Virus record (IMG/VR): IMGVR_UViG_3300030419_001308
Location: 1 to 25,443 of that record
Origin: a virus
Lineage: Duplodnaviria; Caudoviricetes
Strand: one strand, 5' to 3'
DNA length: 25,443 nt
The translations under genes were made by a program, and so were the position numbers. Position 1 is the first letter of the stretch, and every line of letters starts with the position of its first letter. The notes under the pieces were generated by a model. The model searched no databases. It was not told the DNA's origin and saw only the letters and a program-made list of their open reading frames with translations. Of the stretch, positions 1 to 6,130 are shown one piece after another.

Positions 1-42
1 TGGAGTGTTAACTTTTACAATCAACAAGAAAGGATGGGATAA
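1..42 (+). CDS. Possible 3' end of a plus-strand gene entering the window (...WSVNFYNQQERMG*), convergent with the early region
   Basis: Frame 1 is open from base 1 to TAA at 40-42, ending 2 nt from the stop of the minus-strand ORF 45..458; too short to verify. Confidence 0.35.
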   Translation, partial: WSVNFYNQQERMG

Positions 43-44
43 CC

Positions 45-458
45 TTAAGATTGTTTAAGGTTATCTATTTCTTCTTGAATATTCTTTTTGACTTTATTGA
101 GTACATTGATTGCATAATCAATATCCTCAACAAGCAATCCAAAATCTTTTCTGTTTTGTCTTACAGATAGTTTGATAAATGGGTAGTGAGTGTCTCCTGT
201 AAAATGGTCAGAAGTTTTAAGAACATCAGAATAATTACCTCGCATATCCCAAATAGAAATTGTATCTTCATTTCTTTCAATGGTATGACCATGTAATTTA
301 TCTTTGTTTATTTTTCTAGCTACTCTGACTCTAGCTAATTCTTGTTCTGTTCCTAATTTTAATTTGTACCTTTTAGAGTACATTGCATTAATTTTAGGAT
401 GTTTTGCTAACATCTCATTAGCTAATGTATCGTTTGTTATTGATTTATGTTTTGGCAT
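45..458 (-). CDS. Hypothetical phage protein (137 aa)
   Basis: ATG start, SD-like AAAAGGGGT upstream, preceded by motif copy 490-518. Confidence 0.8.
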   Translation of the reverse strand: MPKHKSITNDTLANEMLAKHPKINAMYSKRYKLKLGTEQELARVRVARKINKDKLHGHTIERNEDTISIWDMRGNYSDVLKTSDHFTGDTHYPFIKLSVRQNRKDFGLLVEDIDYAINVLNKVKKNIQEEIDNLKQS

Positions 459-489
459 AATACCCCTTTTCTTTTTTTGCGTACACTAC

Positions 490-518
490 TTAGACTTCTA
501 AACAAAAAAAAGGTTACA
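490..518 (-). promoter_or_regulatory. ECF-sigma-like early promoter motif copy 1: TGTAACC-N16-GTCTAA
   Basis: Plus strand reads ttagact(490-496)...ggttaca(512-518); A-tract (UP-element-like) at 522-540 upstream on the minus strand. Confidence 0.7.
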
Positions 519-546
519 GACTTTTTTTTATTTTTTTTTTCTTGTG

Positions 547-711
547 TTATATTTTACTCCAACATAAGTTGCAAACACTGTGGTCATCATCCTGTTCTGT
601 AATTTTTTTTCCACAAAACATACAACTACCTGAAAAAGGTTTAGCAACTACATTTTGATTTGCAATCTGTACATCCCAAAATTTGCTTAGAGGTTTACTT
701 AATTTACTCAT
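547..711 (-). CDS. Small Zn-finger protein, 54 aa (MSKLSKPLSKFWDVQ...CMFCGKK...CNLCWSKI); not in ORF track
   Basis: Translated by hand; two CxxC pairs; ATGA overlap with the upstream 30-aa ORF. Confidence 0.75.
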   Translation of the reverse strand: MSKLSKPLSKFWDVQIANQNVVAKPFSGSCMFCGKKITEQDDDHSVCNLCWSKI

Positions 712-800
712 TCTTCTTCAAGCTCTTCATCTAAGTCATCAATAACTGGGTCATCTAATATCCAGTTTCTCAATGGACCTGAACCATTTTTATTTATCAT
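708..800 (-). CDS. Acidic 30-aa peptide MINKNGSGPLRNWILDDPVIDDLDEELEEE; not in ORF track
   Basis: Strong SD AGGAGG immediately upstream; fills the gap between neighbouring ORFs and is coupled to the next gene. Confidence 0.65.
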   Translation of the reverse strand: MINKNGSGPLRNWILDDPVIDDLDEELEEE

Positions 801-809
801 ACTTCCTCC

Positions 810-1289
810 TTATATAGGTAGAATCTTATACAACTTTGGATTACCTAAAAAATCTTTTTCATAGTAACCCCATATAGTATTCTTATCTTCCCACATACCT
901 TTCAATGCACTGAAAGGAATCCACATAGGTTTTTTAAGACCTGTTCCAAAATACATAATACCTACAAAGACTTCATCATAAGGTATTGTTTTTTTATGCA
1001 GCTCTTCTAGTTTCATGTAATCAGATTCTTTTATTCTTTTAGTTCCCTTTACTTCTACCAGGTAAACTTTTTTGTTTACCACGACACAATAATCAGGTAT
1101 GTTTATCACTGCGGTAACCAACCAAAAGTAATTTAATTTATTTTCTTTTGGGTCTGTACCAATCTTCAACCAATCTTTATATTCTTTAAGACCTTTGTGT
1201 TTAAGATACTTCTGCATTTTTATATCAGCAACATCAGGAACATCTTGTCTTTCTGCGTATGTGTTTGTGTATCTCATATCAATCTTCAA
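810..1289 (-). CDS. PD-(D/E)XK superfamily endonuclease (possible Holliday junction resolvase-like)
   Basis: Motif IPDYCVV...YLVEVKG matches PD-Xn-EXK; located near the annealing protein gene. Confidence 0.7.
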   Translation of the reverse strand: MKIDMRYTNTYAERQDVPDVADIKMQKYLKHKGLKEYKDWLKIGTDPKENKLNYFWLVTAVINIPDYCVVVNKKVYLVEVKGTKRIKESDYMKLEELHKKTIPYDEVFVGIMYFGTGLKKPMWIPFSALKGMWEDKNTIWGYYEKDFLGNPKLYKILPI

Positions 1290-1582
1290 AAAGGTAGTTC
1301 TCTTCTGTTATCTTTTGGAGTTGCTTTCTGTAATAAAGCATGACACTCCCTATACTCCCACATGTAAGGATTATCTTTGCTAGTTTTTTTATACTGTCTA
1401 CCACAATAAATGTTTCCTTCCTGGTCGCTGTAAGTTACATTAAATAGTTTCTTACACTCGTACTCTTGTTTACATTTGGTGTCAGGTTTAGGTGGTAAGG
1501 AGAAGTCATGAGAAGGGTATCGAACTCGCAACTTCTCCAATAGTTTATCTATCCCACCATTTCCTATAGGTTCTAAAGCCAC
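1286..1582 (-). CDS. Hypothetical Cys-containing protein (98 aa)
   Basis: Overlaps both neighbours in operon fashion; four Cys and a His; C-terminal ELPF resembles SSB-type tails. Confidence 0.7.
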   Translation of the reverse strand: MALEPIGNGGIDKLLEKLRVRYPSHDFSLPPKPDTKCKQEYECKKLFNVTYSDQEGNIYCGRQYKKTSKDNPYMWEYRECHALLQKATPKDNRRELPF

Positions 1583-2406
1583 TCTTTAGGTAATCCCTCA
1601 TTACCTATCCACCAACCTTTGCCGCAACCATTTTTATCTCCATAGTTACTACATGCAAAGTCAGGTATCTTACCAAACTTCTCAGGTTCATCTGCTTTCT
1701 TTTCTCTATTGTCTTCTATGTTTCCTGATGTGTTACATACAGGACATACCTTTAGAATCTCTGTATCAAACACAACAGAGATTTCATCAACAACTTCAAG
1801 TTCTTTTTCTACAACATCCATGAACATACCAACCTGTTCTAATGACCACTTCTCAATATCTACATCTAACTGGTCAGGAACTAACTCATTGTATATCTTA
1901 AGTTTTATCTTATCTCTTTGGTCCTGGTTAGGTATCATCTCTTTGAGCATGTGGTTTACCTGGTCAGCATTGCTTGTAGATTTTGGTTCAGCTACCATCT
2001 CATCAACTACTTTCTCCATAGCTGCTTGTTCTTCTTGAGTAGGTTTCTTTACTGGTTTCTTTTCTACTTGCACCTTAGACATTTCTTCTCTACTTGGTCT
2101 AGGTTTATTAGTGCCTTGATAGTTCCAGTTACTTAAAGCTCTACCTAAACTCGAGGTTTCCGCATTTTCCATCCACGCATCTGCATTTGCAAATCCACCT
2201 TGTCCTTTAGTTTCTTGTGCTATACCAGTGCTGACTGGTTTGACATCATTTATATCTTTATATATTTCAGACCTTATTGTTACGCATGTACCATCCTCTG
2301 TAATATGTATAACTTGTGTGTCTAATCTACCATTTGGAAAATCTTTCCAAAACTTTTTAAGTCTGTCTTCTACTGTTTCGTAATTATCTAAATTAAACTT
2401 AGCCAT
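1573..2406 (-). CDS. Probable ssDNA-annealing/recombination protein (Rad52/Sak/ERF-like N-domain) with C-terminal Zn ribbon
   Basis: YETVEDRL...GIAQE...ENAETSSLGRAL pattern is typical of phage annealing proteins; C-terminal CPVC...FACS...CGKGWW. Confidence 0.7.
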   Translation of the reverse strand: MAKFNLDNYETVEDRLKKFWKDFPNGRLDTQVIHITEDGTCVTIRSEIYKDINDVKPVSTGIAQETKGQGGFANADAWMENAETSSLGRALSNWNYQGTNKPRPSREEMSKVQVEKKPVKKPTQEEQAAMEKVVDEMVAEPKSTSNADQVNHMLKEMIPNQDQRDKIKLKIYNELVPDQLDVDIEKWSLEQVGMFMDVVEKELEVVDEISVVFDTEILKVCPVCNTSGNIEDNREKKADEPEKFGKIPDFACSNYGDKNGCGKGWWIGNEGLPKEWL

Positions 2407-2813
2407 TATTCCTCCTCTGCTTTACATAAGGTAGCACTTTTTCTTGGTTTGTAATTTACAAGGACTCCATATTTGTCATAATCTCTATCTTCATTATGGT
2501 TTCTTCTTTGTACTCTTACTTCTGCATTAGGATTGCAAAAATAAAACTCACTTTCCTTATGTGCTAATGCTATTGGTTTAGCTAATTCTAATTTGTCAGC
2601 ATAAATCACACCACCAAAAACATCATCATAAAATACATCATAGGCAAATTTACCATCATACATGTTATTTACAATGTAACCTGATGCACCATAATAAGGC
2701 GTTCTTATTGTATGCTCTTCCTCTGTGCCTACATTAAAAGTATCAATGATTATCATTGGTCTTTTCATATATATAGATTCGAGCTTTACTCGTTTGTTAT
2801 TTTTTACTTTCAT
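2406..2813 (-). CDS. Hypothetical phage protein (135 aa)
   Basis: SD AAGGGAG upstream; TAATG coupling to the next gene; preceded by motif copy 2. Confidence 0.8.
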   Translation of the reverse strand: MKVKNNKRVKLESIYMKRPMIIIDTFNVGTEEEHTIRTPYYGASGYIVNNMYDGKFAYDVFYDDVFGGVIYADKLELAKPIALAHKESEFYFCNPNAEVRVQRRNHNEDRDYDKYGVLVNYKPRKSATLCKAEEE

Positions 2814-2840
2814 TTGTTCTCCCTTTTTTATCTTTGTTAC

Positions 2841-2869
2841 TTAGACTACACATTGGTAATTAAGTTACA
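2841..2869 (-). promoter_or_regulatory. Early promoter motif copy 2: TGTAACT-N16-GTCTAA
   Basis: ttagact(2841-2847)...agttaca(2863-2869); the -35-like half contains the TAA stop of ORF 2865..3062. Confidence 0.65.
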
Positions 2870-3062
2870 TATTTTTTAATAAAATTTTATAGACTCTTTG
2901 CCTACTCAATTTTAATTTCTTTGCTATTGTTTGAACAGGAATACCCTGCGCAAAAGTTTCACACATTAATTTATCTCTCTGTTTTATTTCTGCCTCTGTT
3001 GTTTTCTTGGCGTTGTCCACGATTATATTTTGTAGATACAATCTGTTTAATAATTCATCCAT
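2865..3062 (-). CDS. Small helix-turn-helix DNA-binding protein (sigma region 4/resolvase HTH-like)
   Basis: GIPVQTIAKKLKLSRQRVYKIL is a classic HTH pattern. Confidence 0.8.
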   Translation of the reverse strand: MDELLNRLYLQNIIVDNAKKTTEAEIKQRDKLMCETFAQGIPVQTIAKKLKLSRQRVYKILLKNM

Positions 3063-3214
3063 GTATCTTTCCTCATCTTGTCCTCTCTCTTATGTGTGAT
3101 TAACATACCTAAATCTCTAAGTGCCTCTCTAAATAAATCTTTTAATCCTGTAAATAATATTGTCATCAATGAACCGAACATTGCTGCAATAATTAATCCT
3201 TCGATACTAAACAT
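3047..3214 (-). CDS. 55-aa protein with N-terminal hydrophobic helix (MFSIEGLIIAAMFGSLMTILFTGLKDLF...); not in ORF track
   Basis: Translated by hand; TAATG overlap with the upstream gene and an SD (GGAGG) in its last codons. Confidence 0.7.
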   Translation of the reverse strand: MFSIEGLIIAAMFGSLMTILFTGLKDLFREALRDLGMLITHKREDKMRKDTWMNY

Positions 3215-3429
3215 TACTCTTCCTCCTTCTTTGCATTCTCTAATTGTTCTGCAATCTTCATTGTGTTTTCGTTGTGGTCCGCTACAAATTCATCCAGTAG
3301 CTCTGCGATTCGCACTGTGTTTAAGGAGGTCATTACAATAGACTTTTCTACCTTTTGTCCTCCACATGCGTTAGCTAGTTTGATTGACCATGTTTTAATA
3401 CTTTTGGGGTCATCAAAAATATTTGTCAT
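3214..3429 (-). CDS. Hypothetical phage protein (71 aa)
   Basis: SD AGAAAGGGAG upstream; coupled to the next ORF. Confidence 0.8.
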   Translation of the reverse strand: MTNIFDDPKSIKTWSIKLANACGGQKVEKSIVMTSLNTVRIAELLDEFVADHNENTMKIAEQLENAKKEEE

Positions 3430-3457
3430 TACTCCCTTTCTATTTGAATTAGTTTTA

Positions 3458-3604
3458 TTAACTAACTGTTTCTTTATATTCTAATCTAGTTATGCAACTC
3501 ACTAAGTCTTTGTACTGTCGAATCTTAACCAGTGCATCTTGCTCTGTCTCAAATTCAAAGACTTCCTGTTCGCCTGTTAGATGTATAATAGTTAAAATAA
3601 ACAT
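3458..3604 (-). CDS. 48-aa hypothetical protein (MFILTIIHLTGEQEVFEFETEQDALVKIRQ...), probably leaderless; not in ORF track
   Basis: Translated by hand; no SD; 7 nt separate the ATG from a -10 hexamer. Confidence 0.65.
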   Translation of the reverse strand: MFILTIIHLTGEQEVFEFETEQDALVKIRQYKDLVSCITRLEYKETVS

Positions 3605-3611
3605 CTATTTA

Positions 3612-3640
3612 ATTCTACCTGTGTTGTCTTTATTTGTAAA
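3612..3640 (-). promoter_or_regulatory. Sigma70/SigA-type promoter TTTACA-N17-TAGAAT
   Basis: 5/6 match to each consensus hexamer, 17-nt spacer, intergenic. Confidence 0.7.
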
Positions 3641-3646
3641 CTACTG

Positions 3647-3775
3647 TTACTCACTACCATCTTTGGCTATCCAGTAACACTCATCACAAATAGGATAGAC
3701 TCCTGCTACTTGGTATGGCTCATCCTCTGTTACTATAAGATGATTGATAGGAGGACATCTAAAAATATAAATCAT
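3647..3775 (-). CDS. 42-aa Cys/His peptide (MIYIFRCPPINH...ICDECYWIAKDGSE), possible Zn ribbon; not in ORF track
   Basis: TAATG coupling, with SD GGAGGAGG in the last codons of the upstream gene. Confidence 0.65.
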   Translation of the reverse strand: MIYIFRCPPINHLIVTEDEPYQVAGVYPICDECYWIAKDGSE

Positions 3776-4086
3776 TATTCCTCCTCCCTTATTTCTTGTA
3801 ATAAATCAGTAGCTGCATCAGGTCTCCCCAGTACATCTATCCAGGTATATAACAAATGTTTTATATCTAACAACTGATTGTATGAAAAGTCTTTGGACCT
3901 CTCAATACCATCTAAGAAATGAATTGCTATTGCAGTTACTCTTGGGTTATTGACCTCCCACATATTTGATTTTCTAGTATGTAGTTTGGTCTCATCAATC
4001 AGTATTTGATTAATGTTTGTCTTAGTTGTTCCAACCGCCAATAACATCCACCCCATCTCTTTCAGCTCTCTTAACGAAGGCATCAT
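3775..4086 (-). CDS. Hypothetical phage protein (~103 aa); start more likely ATG 4086 than TTG 4092
   Basis: AGGAG at 4100-4096 is 9 nt from ATG 4086; 65-nt overlap with the upstream ORF. Confidence 0.65.
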   Translation of the reverse strand: MMPSLRELKEMGWMLLAVGTTKTNINQILIDETKLHTRKSNMWEVNNPRVTAIAIHFLDGIERSKDFSYNQLLDIKHLLYTWIDVLGRPDAATDLLQEIREEE

Positions 4087-4375
4087 ATTCAAACTCTCCT
4101 ACTGAACATGCTTGATATAAGTCCTTTATTATATTCTTGTGTACTGCAGTAGTCATAGAATAAAACTCATTACATAAAATTACTTTAGTTTCATTTATGA
4201 ACGAACCATTTTCAACATCTACCACATAAGCGATTGGAGTATTGTAAGATATGATTCTATCGTATCTAGTTCCCTCTTCTCTTCTTAAGTTCCCTGTGCT
4301 TACTAGATTTGTTACCTTTGTAACTACATTTACTTCAGGCTTACTTAATCTAGGTTCTTTGTATATTGTTTTCAT
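4022..4375 (-). CDS. Conserved-looking phage early protein (117 aa)
   Basis: SYNTPIA...YSMTTAVH pattern recalled from small phage proteins (SYxTxIA...YSxTTxxH); SD AAAGGAG; preceded by motif copy 3. Confidence 0.8.
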   Translation of the reverse strand: MKTIYKEPRLSKPEVNVVTKVTNLVSTGNLRREEGTRYDRIISYNTPIAYVVDVENGSFINETKVILCNEFYSMTTAVHKNIIKDLYQACSVGEFEYDAFVKRAERDGVDVIGGWNN

Positions 4376-4393
4376 TTGTTCTCCTTTGTTTGT

Positions 4394-4422
4394 TTAGACT
4401 CTGTAACTTGTAAAAGGTTACA
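4394..4422 (-). promoter_or_regulatory. Early promoter motif copy 3: TGTAACC-N16-GTCTAA, with internal inverted repeat CTGTAAC-N9-GTTACAG
   Basis: ttagact(4394-4400)...ggttaca(4416-4422). Confidence 0.7.
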
Positions 4423-4423
4423 G

Positions 4424-4795
4424 TTATTCTTCCTCTGCTTTTGTTTCATCTTGGAATAAAAACTCCCCAAATTCTAAAAAGTGTTTCATATCTTCCATGA
4501 TTTGCTGAACTGTCTCAAGTCTTTCAATAAGACTGATGGTAGCCTCAAAACCACCACTACTCCAGGAGACTTCCCAAGCTCCATCATTGTATCTATTTAC
4601 TCTTTTATCTCTGCGTAGTCTAAAGTTATCACTACCCCACCAACCTTTTGCAGTGTAGTGAACCGCAGTATAGAACTGCATATCCATATAGGTTCTCTCT
4701 ATATCTTGTAGCTCTATACATATATCATCTTTGTACTCTCTCTTTTCTGTCTTGAGATTGTCCACCTGATATATTTCGTTATATTCTTTTGTCAT
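4424..4795 (-). CDS. Hypothetical phage protein (123 aa)
   Basis: ATG start, SD GAAGGGT upstream. Confidence 0.8.
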   Translation of the reverse strand: MTKEYNEIYQVDNLKTEKREYKDDICIELQDIERTYMDMQFYTAVHYTAKGWWGSDNFRLRRDKRVNRYNDGAWEVSWSSGGFEATISLIERLETVQQIMEDMKHFLEFGEFLFQDETKAEEE

Positions 4796-4798
4796 TGT

Positions 4799-5128
4799 TT
4801 ACCCTTCCCTTTCTCTGTTGTAGGTATCGCCCTCCACGATATCTCCTACTTTGTTGTTGTCGAACTCTTTAAGCACTCTGTACATTGTTACCCTATAACC
4901 GATAACCCCTGGACTACTTTCAGGTCCAACAGTTTTCTCCTTCTTGATATACCCTGCTTTAGTCATACACTTTTTGCAGCTTACTGATTTGGTATATTTT
5001 TTCTCGGTAGTTGTACCCCTCACAAACTGTCCGCATATTGTATCTTGTGCCAACCAGTCCAACCTGTCTTGTACAAAATGTTCTTTACCATTTCTTGCAC
5101 TTAGTATGTAGTTTCCTGTATCTTGCAT
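4799..5128 (-). CDS. Hypothetical protein with H...CG...CxxC putative Zn site (109 aa)
   Basis: KEHFV...TICG...VSCKKC. Confidence 0.75.
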   Translation of the reverse strand: MQDTGNYILSARNGKEHFVQDRLDWLAQDTICGQFVRGTTTEKKYTKSVSCKKCMTKAGYIKKEKTVGPESSPGVIGYRVTMYRVLKEFDNNKVGDIVEGDTYNREREG

Positions 5129-5130
5129 CT

Positions 5131-5262
5131 TTACCCTTCTAATTCTCTTTGTAATTTTGCTTGTATATTCTGCAATTCTACAAATGTAGTACCATCTAAT
5201 AAATCAAGTTCTACATCCAAATCAATTACTTTTGTAATTGCCTCTAAGTATTCTTTCTCCAT
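5131..5262 (-). CDS. 43-aa acidic protein (MEKEYLEAITKVIDLDVELDLLDGTTFVELQNIQAKLQRELEG); not in ORF track
   Basis: SD AGAAAGGGT; preceded by motif copy 4; ends 2 nt before the next ATG. Confidence 0.75.
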   Translation of the reverse strand: MEKEYLEAITKVIDLDVELDLLDGTTFVELQNIQAKLQRELEG

Positions 5263-5282
5263 TGTTTACCCTTTCTTTATCT

Positions 5283-5312
5283 TTTGACTACCCTTTAACC
5301 AAAAAGGTTACA
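5283..5312 (-). promoter_or_regulatory. Early promoter motif copy 4: TGTAACC-N17-GTCAAA
   Basis: tttgact(5283-5289)...ggttaca(5306-5312); internal TAACC-N5-GGTTA. Confidence 0.7.
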
Positions 5313-5313
5313 G

Positions 5314-5556
5314 TTATTCTTCCCCATATTTTCTTACGATTAAGTCCATAATGTATCTATGCACTGTATCGATTGAACTTTCATGAACATCCTTAAAGTT
5401 GTTCATAAGTAACTCTTTAATCTCATCTTCTAAACTATCCTCTTCGAATAATTCTCCGCTTAGTGCTTGAGCTTTAAAGATTTCTTGAAGTCTTTGTTCT
5501 TTCTGCTCTTCTGTCATCTTTTCTAGTTCTCCATCTTTTAATGGTTCTATATTCAT
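5314..5556 (-). CDS. Acidic helical hypothetical protein (80 aa)
   Basis: SD AAGGAG; Glu/Asp rich; preceded by motif copy 5. Confidence 0.8.
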   Translation of the reverse strand: MNIEPLKDGELEKMTEEQKEQRLQEIFKAQALSGELFEEDSLEDEIKELLMNNFKDVHESSIDTVHRYIMDLIVRKYGEE

Positions 5557-5577
5557 TGTCTCTCCTTTTTCATATCT

Positions 5578-5607
5578 TTTGACTACCCTGCAACCGAAAT
5601 GGTTACA
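5578..5607 (-). promoter_or_regulatory. Early promoter motif copy 5: TGTAACC-N17-GTCAAA, overlapped by a 12-bp inverted repeat (5584-5612)
   Basis: tttgact(5578-5584)...ggttaca(5601-5607). Confidence 0.7.
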
Positions 5608-5625
5608 GGGTAATTTCTTTTCTTT

Positions 5626-5778
5626 TTATATGTTTAGGTCAAATTTATCTAAGTTACCTTTTACCCAAACTAAGTCGAATACTAGACTTTGTTTTTCCTT
5701 CTTGTTTAAGACCTCTGTATCTTGTACTGCTAATTTAAGTACAGTGTCTATTGCTTTCCTGATTTCTTGCTCTGTCAT
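5626..5778 (-). CDS. 50-aa hypothetical protein (MTEQEIRKAIDTVLKLAVQ...KFDLNI), first early gene; not in ORF track
   Basis: SD AGAAAGGGT; preceded by motif copy 6. Confidence 0.75.
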   Translation of the reverse strand: MTEQEIRKAIDTVLKLAVQDTEVLNKKEKQSLVFDLVWVKGNLDKFDLNI

Positions 5779-5803
5779 ATTTACCCTTTCTTGTTTGTAC
5801 AAC

Positions 5804-5833
5804 TTAGACTAAATAGGTTACAAAAAGGTTACA
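5804..5833 (-). promoter_or_regulatory. Early promoter motif copy 6: TGTAACC-N17-GTCTAA, with a second TGTAACC 11 bp downstream
   Basis: ttagact(5804-5810), ggttaca at 5816-5822 and 5827-5833; A-tract upstream. Confidence 0.7.
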
Positions 5834-5979
5834 GGATTTATATATTTTTTTTGTGGAGATACCTCAATTAAATTAACACCCATCCCCTGTGTTAGAAAAG
5901 TTTAAAACAGGTACAGGGGTGGTTATATGTTTGCAGTATGTTGGCAGTATTTACCAATATATATGCAGATATTTGCACA

Positions 5980-6130
5980 ACACAATATGTTGTATATATT
6001 ACAATAACACTAGATATAGGGGGGTTTAATGTGCGGTGCTGTGTAGTGTAGTGTGTAGTATTTAGAGAATATCTGTTAAGTTTGACCCACTATATGTAGT
6101 GTAATCTAAAGGGTACTCTATATATAGGTA
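5980..6130. promoter_or_regulatory. Four 16-bp NrdR-box-like palindromes in two pairs (starts 5980, 6007, 6087, 6115)
   Basis: ACACAATATGTTGTAT, ACACTAGATATAGGGG, CCACTATATGTAGTGT, ACTCTATATATAGGTA versus the NrdR consensus acaCwAtATaTwGtgt. Confidence 0.55.
6041..6060 (+). repeat. Short GTGTA tandem repeat (GTGTAGTGTAGTGTGTAGTA)
   Basis: Read directly; lies between the palindrome pairs, after a G6 run at 6019-6024. Confidence 0.7.

Noticed and set aside
2675-2681. Isolated TGTAACC/GGTTACA heptamers inside genes (also near 11967, 13958, 18736)
   Set aside because: Within coding sequence and without the GTCWAA partner at 16-17 nt
304-5812. Plus-strand ORFs in the track (304, 1195, 1709, 1918, 2921, 3078, 3263, 3492, 5579)
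   Set aside because: Antisense shadows of well-supported minus-strand genes; no SD; Ser/Phe/Leu-rich composition typical of reverse frames
490-5833. Repeated motif as a CRISPR array or integron attC sites
   Set aside because: Copies are separated by whole genes at irregular distances, have a variable central spacer, lack the consistent RYYYAAC...GTTRRRY long hairpin, and no cas or integrase gene is present
5884-5919. Inverted repeat CCCCTGT/ACAGGGG
   Set aside because: 7-bp stem with a 22-nt loop and no U-tract; no function can be supported
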